Source: Promethearchaeota archaeon
Lineage (GTDB): Archaea > Asgardarchaeota > Lokiarchaeia > Sigyniarchaeales > SOKP01
Direction: 5' to 3'
NCBI GenBank assembly: GCA_030603385.1
Contig: JAUVXW010000012.1
Span: 28,015 to 92,014, forward strand
DNA: 64,000 bases
Position 1 is the stretch's first letter. Each line of letters starts with the position of its first letter. Both the position numbers and the translations under genes were made by a program. Below, piece by piece: positions 9,012-19,593 of this stretch. The notes under the pieces were generated by a model. The model had not been told where the DNA came from. It made no database searches and saw only the letters and a program-made list of their open reading frames with translations.

Positions 9012-10159
9012 AAGTAAAAGGTAATACTGATCCAAAATTTGAGACTATAAAAGACGTGTTTAAGGAGAATTTTAAGGAATTTAACGAAATAGGTGCATCT
9101 TTTGCAGTTTTTCTAGACAACAAATTCGTTGTAGATATTTGGGGGGGATATTCAAACCCAGAAAAAACTAAACTATGGAATAAAGATTCAATCACTAAAG
9201 TATATTCGACTAATAAAATTATAACTGCCATTTGTGCTCTTATTCTAGTAGATAAAGAATTATTAGATCTGGATGCACCCGTTGCAAAGTACTGGCCCGA
9301 ATTTGCGCAATCGGGTAAGGAAAAATTACCTGTACGTTATCTATTTAGTCATTCAGCAGGTCTTCCTGGTTTTGATGAAAAAATTACAGTTGAGGATTTG
9401 AAAGATTGGAACAAAATAGTCAATATTTTAGCAAGACAAAAACCGTGGTGGGAACCTGGAACAAAAATAGGTTACCATGCAACTACCATGTATTATTTAC
9501 TTGGAGAATTGGTGAGGAGGATATCAGGAAAACCAATAAGTCAATTTTTCGGAGAAGAAATCGCAGAACCCTTCAATGTTGATTATCATATCATGTTGCC
9601 AGAAAAATTCAGAACAAACTTCGCAGATATGATTCCCGCAAGTAGTTCGATAAGTTCGATTGTATGGGAAAATATTGATCGTAACTCAGTTATTTTTAGA
9701 GTTTGGTCTAATCCGGATTTAAGTAACGTACATGATAATGATTCAATATGGTTTGATATTGAAACTCGAGGCTTTGGCAATGCAAGATCCGTAGCAAAGA
9801 TAGGATCAATTATCGCTAACGGGGGAATTTTGGATGGAACTCAAATTTTATCAGCAAAAACGATTGCAAAATCTATAGAAGAACAAATTTTTGACATTGA
9901 TCTCGTATTGGCCGCTAAAATTCGATATGGATTGGGTTGGGGGCTGAAAACTGATTATCATTCTTTTCCGAATCCAAATACGGCTTACTGGGGGGGCATG
10001 GGAGGGTCTTCACTCATAATGGATTTAGATAATAAGATGAGCATAGCGTACGTTATGAACCAGATGCGGACTCAACCATTGAATGAAACCCGAAAAAATA
10101 GATACACCTCCGATAGTAGGGGAAATCGTCTTGTAAAGAAAATTTACGAGCTTTTTTAA
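8996..10159 (+). CDS. Serine hydrolase, beta-lactamase class C / family VIII esterase
   Basis: SxxK (STNK), LDLDAPVAKYWPEF, LFSHSAGL, PGTKIGYHA, WGGMGGS. Confidence 0.9.
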   Translation: MSNEIEVKGNTDPKFETIKDVFKENFKEFNEIGASFAVFLDNKFVVDIWGGYSNPEKTKLWNKDSITKVYSTNKIITAICALILVDKELLDLDAPVAKYWPEFAQSGKEKLPVRYLFSHSAGLPGFDEKITVEDLKDWNKIVNILARQKPWWEPGTKIGYHATTMYYLLGELVRRISGKPISQFFGEEIAEPFNVDYHIMLPEKFRTNFADMIPASSSISSIVWENIDRNSVIFRVWSNPDLSNVHDNDSIWFDIETRGFGNARSVAKIGSIIANGGILDGTQILSAKTIAKSIEEQIFDIDLVLAAKIRYGLGWGLKTDYHSFPNPNTAYWGGMGGSSLIMDLDNKMSIAYVMNQMRTQPLNETRKNRYTSDSRGNRLVKKIYELF

Positions 10160-10413
10160 AATTTTTTTTACAATAAAGCCTTAAATGATTTTCTGATATT
10201 TTTACCTTTACAAGAAATATTATGTCCTTAACGTATTGATATTATAAAATTTTTTAAAGATAAAAAAGAGTCTTATATTAAAGGTCAGAAAGAGTCTTAG
10301 AAACGATATATTCATCATAGAAAGTTTTGTTAGTGTAATATTAATTAAGATATTTAGGATTATAATATAATATTAGAAATTAAATAGTAGACAAGATATT
10401 TTCGAAGGGAAGA

Positions 10414-11535
10414 ATGGGAAATCTTACTGTCGTAATGGATATAGGCCAGTTTTCTACCAAAATAGGATTTGCAGGAGAAGATTCACCTAATCAAGTATTT
10501 TTAACGATGGTTGGGAAACCAAAATATCAAAGCGTAAGCATCGATTATGCACCTCCAAAAGCTCGAGAAGAAGATTTTTATGTGGGGGATGAAATCCAAT
10601 CTATCGGTTTATATAAGATTTTTCACCCTATTGAAAAAGGGATTATTATTGATTGGAAGCATTTTGAAAACATTATAGATTATATCTTTTATAACTTAAG
10701 AGTTGATCCTACTCTTGTTAATGTACTATTCTCAGTTCATCCATTGTTTCCATACAAAGATTTAGAAAAAATTTTTGAGCTCTTTTTAGAAAAGTATCAA
10801 TGTATGGCATTCTATCCTGTTTTAGGCTCAATGTTAACCTTATATTCAGGAGGATTCCAAACAGGATTGATTATCGAAATTGGGGATAGTAATACAAGAA
10901 TTGTTCCAATCTATGAAGGTTATAAGTTGGAACATGCAGTAAGAATTTTAGATATTGGAGGGAGAGTTTTAACTCACTATATGGAACAAATATTAGAATC
11001 TATTGGTTGGTCTGTTGATTCATCTATTCGAAGAGAACTAGTTAGGGTATTAAAAGAGAAAGCTTGTTTTGTTTCATTAGACTATAAAGAAGACTTAAAA
11101 AGAAGTGAACAATATAATAAAGAATACTCTTTACCGGATGGTTCTACAATCTCATTGAGTAATGAAAGATTTATGGTACCTGAATTATTATTTAATCCGT
11201 CTTCTGAATTAGAGGAGGACTCACTGCCAGTGGCAGTTATGGATGTAGTGGAAGCTTGTGATTTAGATATACGTCCGGAATTATTGAACAATATTTTTTT
11301 ATCGGGAGGTTCTTCGATGTTTCCAAATTTAAAATCAAGAATGTATCAAGAATTGGAACTCGAATTAGCCAGGAGGAAAAAGAAAAATCAGGTTGTAAGA
11401 ATCATTGCCCCAAGAGAGAGAACTTTTTCTGTTTGGGTAGGAGGCTCTATTCTAGCTATGATACCAGAATTCTCAGAAAATTGGGTAACTAGAGAAAAGT
11501 ATTTTAAAGAAGGAATTCCCCCAAATTTGTTATAG
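10414..11535 (+). CDS. Divergent actin-family protein (Asgard actin-related protein)
   Basis: DIGQFSTKIGFAGEDSP, EIGDSNTRIVPIYEGY, KEKACFV, YSLPDG, ERFMVPELLFNP, LSGGSSMFP and APRERTFSVWVGGSILA are colinear with actin; 373 aa. Confidence 0.95.
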   Translation: MGNLTVVMDIGQFSTKIGFAGEDSPNQVFLTMVGKPKYQSVSIDYAPPKAREEDFYVGDEIQSIGLYKIFHPIEKGIIIDWKHFENIIDYIFYNLRVDPTLVNVLFSVHPLFPYKDLEKIFELFLEKYQCMAFYPVLGSMLTLYSGGFQTGLIIEIGDSNTRIVPIYEGYKLEHAVRILDIGGRVLTHYMEQILESIGWSVDSSIRRELVRVLKEKACFVSLDYKEDLKRSEQYNKEYSLPDGSTISLSNERFMVPELLFNPSSELEEDSLPVAVMDVVEACDLDIRPELLNNIFLSGGSSMFPNLKSRMYQELELELARRKKKNQVVRIIAPRERTFSVWVGGSILAMIPEFSENWVTREKYFKEGIPPNLL

Positions 11536-11645
11536 AACGTGTTTCTACTCTTTTTTTGTAACACTGTGATATTACATTTAAATATATAATTTTGCTCAAT
11601 ATTTATTCATAATACAAATATTCTCCTTTAAAGGTCCTTTAAAAG

Positions 11646-11984
11646 ATGGAAGAATTTAAAAACGACAATTTTTATAAACCTGGTTATTCCATTTTATTTA
11701 ATAAAATCAAAGATATCAAAACTCCAATAAAAAATGAAATTCTTATGTCTCTATTAGATGGTCATTGGCATTCTGAGCTTGAATTAATAAGAATTACTAA
11801 GAAACAACATGGATTTATTGGTGCGGTTACTTTAGGAACTATGATAAACTCGTTGAACCACATGATTAAAAATAATTATTTGGAAAAGAAGATAGTAAAT
11901 AATAAACTTTACTACAAAATTTCAGATAATTACGTAGGCTTAACTAGAGCAGCTTATCGATTTGATGCAAAGCGGTTCTTTTAG
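11646..11984 (+). CDS. Winged helix-turn-helix protein
   Basis: EILMSLLDG..HSELEL.. helix-turn-helix, YLEKK..LYYKI wing. Confidence 0.6.
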   Translation: MEEFKNDNFYKPGYSILFNKIKDIKTPIKNEILMSLLDGHWHSELELIRITKKQHGFIGAVTLGTMINSLNHMIKNNYLEKKIVNNKLYYKISDNYVGLTRAAYRFDAKRFF

Positions 11985-12024
11985 AAATAAATGAAGTTTT
12001 GTTTGATTAGAAAATAAGTTAAAT

Positions 12025-14172
12025 TCATTCTTTTTTTATGCATTTCCCTTTAAAAATTTTGAAATCTTCGCAATTAGAACAAAATCCTTTTCCTTGCTTA
12101 TCTTTAAAACCTTCATTCCAGCATTTAGGGCATATGTAATAATTATATGACTTTTCATTATTTCTAAGATATACCCTAAAAATGTTGAAGTTGCAAATTG
12201 AACAAGATGAATTTAATAATTCTATTTTTCCATTCTTGGGTAATGATAAATAACTCTTGCAACTTTCATCTGCGCAAACTAGAAATCTTTTATTTTTTAG
12301 ATTAATAAATTTCATGGGGCTTTTATTACAGAATGGACAATTAGACGAAGTAAGAGGAATAGTATAGCTCATTTTAAAACTATTAGCTTTAGAGATCAAT
12401 TCATTTTTATTAGCTAAAAACTTATCAAATAGTTTTAAAAACTCCAATCTTACTTCATTTACAACATCTTCCATTTTTCTTCTTTTTTCTTTAATTTCTT
12501 CAAGTTTTTCTTCGACTCTTTTTGTAAAATTTGGTTCTAAAAAAGGTAACCATATTTTCATCAAATTTTCAATAATAAATTTACCTAAATCTGTTATTGA
12601 ATATTGATACTTAATTCTTTCTATCAACTTGCGAGTTTGAAGTATCTTTATAATAAAAGGTCGTGTTGATTTTGTACCCAAATGATTTTTTTCCATTAGT
12701 TTAAGTAACGAAGTGTCTGAATACTTTGGTGGTGGTTTCGTTTCTTTTTGACTCAATAAAATTTCCTTTATTGGAATCTCGTCACTAGAAATTTGGATTT
12801 GCTCTTCATACTTAGGTTTAAGAAAAGGTGCAATTTCTAAAAATCCTTCAGAAATTAATGATATTCGTTGAGCTTTAAAAGGCTCATCCTTAATCAAAAG
12901 ATTTAACACTTGCAGTGATTCTACTGCTTGTTCACCAAATAACGCGAGATAATGACGTGCAAGTAAGTTATAAACTTTCTTTTGTAAATTATTTTCAAAT
13001 CTCGAATCGTTTATTTCTAAGCTCTCGAGAGGCGTAATAGGGGGATGATCTCCAGCATCTTTCTTTCCTTTTGTTGGAACTATTCTATTAGCTTTTAGTA
13101 AATTAAGGGTATACTTTCCTAATTGAGAATGTGAAGAGAAATGTTTTAAAATCTCAATATGGTTAAAATCCGGTTTATATATATCACTATCTGTTCTTGG
13201 ATACGAGATTAATTTATTTAGATATAAGGCATTTATAGTATTTAATGCCACGTTTGCTGAAATCTTTAAATTTCTAGTTAAAAGGATTAGAGCTTTTGAG
13301 GTATTTAATGGAGTTGGAGGAGCTCTCTTTTTTAATTTTTGAGGTTTATCGATTATCTTAGCAACTTTCTCATCCTCAATTTTTTGAAATATTTGTTGTG
13401 CTTTGAATTCTTGATCTTTTTTAAAGGGGTTTAATACATGATGAGCTTGAAAAGTTCCATTTTCATGAAATAAGACCGCATCTATTAAGAAGTAAGGTTC
13501 CGGTACAAAACTTGTTATATCTTGGTCTCTTAAATATATGAGATAAAGGAGGCTGGTCTGAACCCTTCCAATTGAAGTAAATTGGACTCTAAATTTATTT
13601 AATATAGGTCGAAGTGTATTAGTAACTTCTCTAGTCGCAGAAAAGCCTATAAATGCATCAATAAGGGCTCTTGCCTCACCTGACTCACCCCAACTATACT
13701 TTGGGTTAATAAGATTATTAAATTTATTAATTATTTCATTTTTCTGTAATGAACTAAGCCATAATTGTGAGATTTTTATTTGGGGATTTGCTTGCTTTAC
13801 AAAGGGAAGCGCATCAATTAGTCCGATGTTGCATCCCTCAATATCAGCATCAGTCCCAATAATACAGTGATTTGAAATCCTTGAATATTCTTTTAAAACC
13901 TTAATATATGGAGCAGCATAACGTTTCGGAAATTTCTTAATTGCTTTAGAATTGGTAATAATTTCTCTAGGATTAGTTTTAGTCCAACTTTTATAAGCTT
14001 CTGTATTTTTATGTTCGAGGAGATGACCACGTAACGGAATTACGTATAGATTTTTCGATGGAACGGTGTATACATTTAATGATTTTGTTTTATTAATTGT
14101 TTTAACTGAACCAAGAGCCTTTGCAATAGCTTCTGCAGCTTTATTTTTTTCGGCTACTATTATGGTTGCCAT
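12025..14172 (-). CDS. topA: DNA topoisomerase IA (archaeal Topo I/III) with C-terminal Zn ribbons
   Basis: TOPRIM AEK and DADIEG, GRVQT, catalytic ISYPRTD, GTKSTR, C-terminal CxxC pairs. Confidence 0.93.
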   Translation of the reverse strand: MATIIVAEKNKAAEAIAKALGSVKTINKTKSLNVYTVPSKNLYVIPLRGHLLEHKNTEAYKSWTKTNPREIITNSKAIKKFPKRYAAPYIKVLKEYSRISNHCIIGTDADIEGCNIGLIDALPFVKQANPQIKISQLWLSSLQKNEIINKFNNLINPKYSWGESGEARALIDAFIGFSATREVTNTLRPILNKFRVQFTSIGRVQTSLLYLIYLRDQDITSFVPEPYFLIDAVLFHENGTFQAHHVLNPFKKDQEFKAQQIFQKIEDEKVAKIIDKPQKLKKRAPPTPLNTSKALILLTRNLKISANVALNTINALYLNKLISYPRTDSDIYKPDFNHIEILKHFSSHSQLGKYTLNLLKANRIVPTKGKKDAGDHPPITPLESLEINDSRFENNLQKKVYNLLARHYLALFGEQAVESLQVLNLLIKDEPFKAQRISLISEGFLEIAPFLKPKYEEQIQISSDEIPIKEILLSQKETKPPPKYSDTSLLKLMEKNHLGTKSTRPFIIKILQTRKLIERIKYQYSITDLGKFIIENLMKIWLPFLEPNFTKRVEEKLEEIKEKRRKMEDVVNEVRLEFLKLFDKFLANKNELISKANSFKMSYTIPLTSSNCPFCNKSPMKFINLKNKRFLVCADESCKSYLSLPKNGKIELLNSSCSICNFNIFRVYLRNNEKSYNYYICPKCWNEGFKDKQGKGFCSNCEDFKIFKGKCIKKE

Positions 14173-14330
14173 TCTAGTTTATTATTTACAAGACATTTTA
14201 TAAGTAAATTTTCGAAGATCAAATAATATATTATAACAGTTAAATAAATTACTGGTTGTTATTAAAAGAAAAATACTGATTTATTATTTTAATTATTAAG
14301 AGATCTTCAAATCTTCTTGTTTCACTTATT

Positions 14331-17300
14331 TTAAATCGGTAGCGTAAATGTGAAGGTTGATCCTTTATTAGGTCCATCTGAATCAGCGTTAATTTCACCA
14401 CCATGTAATTCAACTATTCCTTTGGTGATGTAGAGTCCTAGTCCTGTTCCACTATCCTTGATATTGATATTCTCATTAGGAATTGGTTGTATAATTCTTT
14501 CAAATTTCTTAAATAACTTTCCTAATTCTTCTTCAGTGAGTCCAATTCCATTATCCTTTACTTCAAAAAGATATCCTTCATTCATTTTTTTAGCTGATAT
14601 TTCAATCCAACCATAATCAGGTGTAAATTTAATAGCATTTGAGATTAAATTAGTAAAAACAGTAAAAATGCGTGTCATATCCACATTTAACATTATTTCA
14701 TGATTGATATTTAATATTATCTCGAGATTTTTCTCATTAATCAGATAACTTAATTCATCAAGACAATCATTTATGATATTACTTACATTAATTTGTTCTT
14801 TTTGAAGTTGTAATTTATCTTCATCAATTTTCATGACTTCTAAAAGTTGATCCATTAAAACTTCTAATCTTTTGACATTTCTCTGAACTGTTACTAAATC
14901 TTCTGTAATTTCAGGTGTTAAACTACTTCTGTGCTTTATAAGTATGTAATCCGTATAACCTGAAATGGAGATTAAAGGTGTCTTTAATTCATGTGTTGCC
15001 ATGGTTATAAAGTCATTTTTAATTTGATCCATTTGCATCAATTCAATATTTTTTTCTCTTAATTTCTTTTCTGATTCCAGTAATTCTTGTTCTAATTTGA
15101 ATTTCTCAGTAATATCTGTAAAAGTGCCCTCAACTTCCACAGGTTTCCCAGCAGAATCATAAATTACGTGAGCATTTACATTTAAAGTTATTATTTCACT
15201 ATCCTTCATCCTAACCTGCACAATGAAATTTCTGATAAATCCTTTTTCTTCTAATTCTTTATAATATTGTATTTGAGTTTCTTCATTGACAAAAAACCTA
15301 GATGCCTTTGCTCCGACAATACTATCATGTGGTTTAAATCCGAGAATTCTATTTAATGCTTGATTATGCATTAATAAATTACCCTTATATTCTCCTTTAT
15401 AAAATCCTACATCCAAATTATTAACCATGGTTCGAAATTTTTCTTCTGATTCTTTTAATTGGTTTTCCATTTCCGTATTTTCAGTAATGTCTCGTAAAAT
15501 TGTAATAACTTGCTCAACTTTACCTTCACTAAAGATTGGGATTTTTCGAGTTTCAGTGATTACATCTTGATCATCCAATTTTGTAGTTTCCATTGTAATG
15601 AGTGGCATCCCATTATCAAACACTTGCTCATATTCTTCACGGATTTTAGATGGTAAGAATGGAAAGGCTTCAAATATCTTTTTTCCAAATATTTCTTTAT
15701 CAATATTTAATCTTTCCAACCATTTTTCAAATTCCTTGTTTACTAGAATAATTCTTAAATCTTTATCTACAACATGGAGAGGGTCACCTAATGAATCGAT
15801 TGTAGTACGATACTGTCGTTCAGACTCTTTCAACTTCTCTTCAGCATTTTTTTTTTCAGTAATATCTTGGATAATAACTTGATGAATGATTTCATCGTCT
15901 AATTCTATAGTTGAAATTTCAGATTGAACCCATGCACGTGTGTTGTCTTTTTTATAGATTTCTGTTAATTTAGGTATTACTTTTGAATCTAAAGTTCTTC
16001 TTTCTGATAACAAATCAGGTAATTCTCTTAAAGCATTTTTAGTATCAGGGGTGTAAATTCCAATTAGAGTTGAATAATTGTTTCCAATAAGATCTTCTTT
16101 ATCATACCCAAACAACATTGGGATTGTAGAATTTATATCAATTATCGCTCCCTCTGAATTTAAAAGAACAATACCATAAGGAGAGTTTTCATATAGATGC
16201 CGAAATTTCCGCTCAGATTCCATTAATTTTTGCTCTGCAATACGCTTTTCTGTTATATCAATAAATGTTATTAAGTCAGCAATTTTACCTTGGTAATTTA
16301 TTGCTTTTGAATGTAGTTCTATCCATCTAATTTCTTTTGAAGGATTTATTATTCTAACAGTATAATGAGACATTTGATCTGTTTCTCCATCCATTTTTTC
16401 CCTTAATTGCTCTAAAACATAAGGCAAATCGTCGGGATGAATCTTTTTTGCGAAGTCATTTCTATTCCATTTACTTATATCCATAATTGAATAACCAGTA
16501 ATTTCAGATAAAGCTTGATTTGTGTAGATTACATACCCCTCTTGTAAAATTGCTATACCTAAAGAGGTTTGTTCAGCAATAGTTCTAAATTTCTCCTCGG
16601 ATTCTCTTAGTTCTTTGGTTCTCTCTAAAATAACTTGTTCAAGTTCTTCATTTAATACTCTCAATTCCTCTTCAGATTCTTTTAAATCTGTTATGTCTTG
16701 AATAATTGCTTGTGTAAGTGTTTTATCTTCAATTTTTACAAGAGAACTTTGAATTGACAACCAAATCTTTCTTCCGTCAAGTCGAGTAATCTGGAATTCT
16801 AATTGTCCTAATTTATCGCTTTTTAGAAATTTATCAAACCGTTCCTTCAATAAAAATATAAGGTCATCGGGCCTTTCTAGGAATTTTAAAACTTCAGTAA
16901 ACTTTTTACCTATTATATCTTCTATTTTTAAGACTGAAAGTAAGCTATTAATTGTTGAATTACAATCAATAATAATTCCATCCTCATCCATTAACCAAAT
17001 AGCATAAGGAGAGCTTTCAAATAGGTGGTGATACTTTTGTTCAGAATTTTTTAATTTTTGTTCTAACTGAAATTTTTCTGTTATATCTCGTGCTATACCA
17101 CTAAAACCAACAATTTTTCCATTTATATCATGTCTTAGGTATACTGAAGATTCACATGTAATTAGTTCCCCATTTTTATTCCGAAGTTGGTATTGAAAAT
17201 CAAACTTTGGGTTTCCAGTTTGATACACCCCCGTGTAGACTTCTACTATTTTCTGTTTATTTGTCTCGTCAACGAAGCTTTGGTAATTTACACCTAACAT

Positions 17301-18275
17301 TTCCTCATTAGTATAGCCATGGAGTTCGCATAAAGCATCATTGAAGAAAGTAAAATATCCATCAATATCAACTTCAAAATAGCCTTCTTTAATAGTATCA
17401 AGGATTCCACGATATTTTTCTTCAGATTCTTTTAATTTTTCTTCAGCAGTTTTTCGAATTGTGATATCTTCATAAGTAGAGAGAATTCCGACTACTTTAC
17501 CTTTTAAATCATGCAAAGGAATTCTGTTAATTTCAAACCAGACTTGATTTCCATCTTTTGTAATAAATGATGCTATAGAATTAAATTCTGGTATATTATT
17601 CTTCATAACTCTACGCTCATTCTCTTGAATAGTCTCGATATTATTCTTAAGCCAAATTAAATCATTATCTGTTCTACCGATGATATTAGATCCTTCTACT
17701 AAACCATTCATTAATGCAAAATTTTTGTTACACCCTAAGTAAACCAAATTTATATCTTTCCAATAAATGAAATGAGGGATGTTATCGAGTACCAAATCTA
17801 ACATTTCTCTTGTTTTTTGAACGGTTCTTACACCTTCTTTTGATTGAATGAGTTTCCAGTATCTGATTTCAGGTAAAGAATCTGCTAACTCACTAAATCT
17901 TTTTTGGCTTTCATTATAACTTTCTTCAATCTTTTTAAATTTAGAGATATCTCGGCATATTAAAAATACCATCCTATTGTTAGTGTCATCTAGAAATCGT
18001 CTTCCTTTTATTTCATACCATCTAAAAAGTCCTTTACCATCAATTATCCTTGATTCTTCAGTTCCAAATCCATGTTTAAAGATATTTTTTATAAATTTGT
18101 TTACACGTTTTTTATCATCAAGATGAATAAAATCGAATATATGTTTTTCCTCCTTGAAATCTTCAAAATTAGCGTACTCACACATGAATTTTTCATTAAG
18201 TATTAATATTGGATCTTCTATGTTTTCAGAGATAATTTGATTAATATTATTAATTTGATTAATTGTACTTGCCAT
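14331..18275 (-). CDS. Multi-PAS sensor histidine kinase
   Basis: About eight PAS/PAC units with DITE..K..EE.L.ESE.(K/R)(Y/F)R linkers; H-box THELKTP, N-box NLISNAIKF, DNGIG, GTGLGL. Confidence 0.95.
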   Translation of the reverse strand: MASTINQINNINQIISENIEDPILILNEKFMCEYANFEDFKEEKHIFDFIHLDDKKRVNKFIKNIFKHGFGTEESRIIDGKGLFRWYEIKGRRFLDDTNNRMVFLICRDISKFKKIEESYNESQKRFSELADSLPEIRYWKLIQSKEGVRTVQKTREMLDLVLDNIPHFIYWKDINLVYLGCNKNFALMNGLVEGSNIIGRTDNDLIWLKNNIETIQENERRVMKNNIPEFNSIASFITKDGNQVWFEINRIPLHDLKGKVVGILSTYEDITIRKTAEEKLKESEEKYRGILDTIKEGYFEVDIDGYFTFFNDALCELHGYTNEEMLGVNYQSFVDETNKQKIVEVYTGVYQTGNPKFDFQYQLRNKNGELITCESSVYLRHDINGKIVGFSGIARDITEKFQLEQKLKNSEQKYHHLFESSPYAIWLMDEDGIIIDCNSTINSLLSVLKIEDIIGKKFTEVLKFLERPDDLIFLLKERFDKFLKSDKLGQLEFQITRLDGRKIWLSIQSSLVKIEDKTLTQAIIQDITDLKESEEELRVLNEELEQVILERTKELRESEEKFRTIAEQTSLGIAILQEGYVIYTNQALSEITGYSIMDISKWNRNDFAKKIHPDDLPYVLEQLREKMDGETDQMSHYTVRIINPSKEIRWIELHSKAINYQGKIADLITFIDITEKRIAEQKLMESERKFRHLYENSPYGIVLLNSEGAIIDINSTIPMLFGYDKEDLIGNNYSTLIGIYTPDTKNALRELPDLLSERRTLDSKVIPKLTEIYKKDNTRAWVQSEISTIELDDEIIHQVIIQDITEKKNAEEKLKESERQYRTTIDSLGDPLHVVDKDLRIILVNKEFEKWLERLNIDKEIFGKKIFEAFPFLPSKIREEYEQVFDNGMPLITMETTKLDDQDVITETRKIPIFSEGKVEQVITILRDITENTEMENQLKESEEKFRTMVNNLDVGFYKGEYKGNLLMHNQALNRILGFKPHDSIVGAKASRFFVNEETQIQYYKELEEKGFIRNFIVQVRMKDSEIITLNVNAHVIYDSAGKPVEVEGTFTDITEKFKLEQELLESEKKLREKNIELMQMDQIKNDFITMATHELKTPLISISGYTDYILIKHRSSLTPEITEDLVTVQRNVKRLEVLMDQLLEVMKIDEDKLQLQKEQINVSNIINDCLDELSYLINEKNLEIILNINHEIMLNVDMTRIFTVFTNLISNAIKFTPDYGWIEISAKKMNEGYLFEVKDNGIGLTEEELGKLFKKFERIIQPIPNENINIKDSGTGLGLYITKGIVELHGGEINADSDGPNKGSTFTFTLPI

Positions 18276-18403
18276 TTTGGGGATTACCTCATTACAGAGA
18301 GTAATTATTTCTTTTCTTTAATTAAGATTAGAAGAATTAATAATATAATTTTTCCTATTGAAGTTCTTTTATTAGGATTTGAGAAAATACTTTCACGAAA
18401 TTC

Positions 18404-19519
18404 TTATCCTAACTCGCCTGCAATTCCTCGAATTTTTTTCCTCATTTCTTCTTGTTTTCTAACTATCTCTGAATACTGAAATTCTGTTTTATTTGTTAAA
18501 TCAGCTAGTTCTGGTACAAAATTATATTCAACAAAGAGTTCTTTAGTCTCTTTTGAAATTAAACCATTGGTTATTTTCATTGGATTATTTTGAAAATTTT
18601 CAAATTTTGATTCCCAATCGTTTAAAAAATCATCTATATCGTTTTTTAAATTAAAAATAGGCAGCACTCCTAAACTATTTGGAGTTGTTACTGCAACATT
18701 TGCTCTTTTTAAGCTGAATCTATTTCCATTAAAGGATATTGCAATGCCTCCTTCGTCTCTTACCCTCTGAAGCATATTAATATCTGTAATTGAATCTCCC
18801 AATACTATCATTTCTGATATTGCTATTCCTGTCCTTCGAGATATATCTTCAACAGCATTTTCCTTTCTTTTTCCACCTCTAACTTTTACTCGATTCATTA
18901 CTCGAATATAGTCTGTTTCTTTTCCCATCCAGAAGAAATTGTTTAAATCTTCAATAACGCTGTTAAGATTTTTATTATTATTTAGATATTTTTGGAAAAT
19001 TACATTCATTAGTAGTTCTACATCTTCTTCAATGTTATTAAGCCCTTTCTTCAAATTTTTAATATTTAGTTCTGTGCAGTAAACATTGTCTTTTGGAATA
19101 CCTAAAGAAGCAGTTACATTATGAGCAAAATGAGAATAACTAGTCGAAATAACGAATATTTCCCAATCTTTACGTAAAATATTCATTAATTCTCGACATC
19201 CGGGTAATAACCCAAGATCACTTTTTGCTAATTTTATCAATTCTTTGTCCGTATAACATGCAGTATAGAGAGGTGCCATTATTCTCAGGGTGTCTCCAGG
19301 TTGATAATCTGGAATGTTTAATGTTTCCTTTACTCCTGGAACATCGATAATATAATCATCGTAGTTAGAAATCATTCTAAAGAAAGCACCCATATCAAAC
19401 ATTTTTAAATTAAACTTAGATTTATCGCCTAAAAGCTTTCCAATTTCCGCCGCAAAATCAATAATGCTAATTGGTCCTTCCAAATCAAACAAGCAAATAT
19501 TTTTTTTTCTCATAAACAT
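18404..19519 (-). CDS. HAD-superfamily phosphohydrolase (COG4030/EhaR-like)
   Basis: FDLEGP motif I, ISTSY motif II, GDSITD motif IV, ISFNGN. Confidence 0.75.
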   Translation of the reverse strand: MFMRKKNICLFDLEGPISIIDFAAEIGKLLGDKSKFNLKMFDMGAFFRMISNYDDYIIDVPGVKETLNIPDYQPGDTLRIMAPLYTACYTDKELIKLAKSDLGLLPGCRELMNILRKDWEIFVISTSYSHFAHNVTASLGIPKDNVYCTELNIKNLKKGLNNIEEDVELLMNVIFQKYLNNNKNLNSVIEDLNNFFWMGKETDYIRVMNRVKVRGGKRKENAVEDISRRTGIAISEMIVLGDSITDINMLQRVRDEGGIAISFNGNRFSLKRANVAVTTPNSLGVLPIFNLKNDIDDFLNDWESKFENFQNNPMKITNGLISKETKELFVEYNFVPELADLTNKTEFQYSEIVRKQEEMRKKIRGIAGELG

Positions 19520-19593
19520 GTAAAATTATCTCCTTTTAGTAGAATGATGCAGAAATATTTTAAAAAAAATTTCTATTAAAGTAGAAATAACTC

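Noticed and set aside
10264-10298. AAAGAGTCTTA direct repeat upstream of the actin gene
   Set aside because: Only two 11-mers in AT-rich DNA; cannot be distinguished from chance
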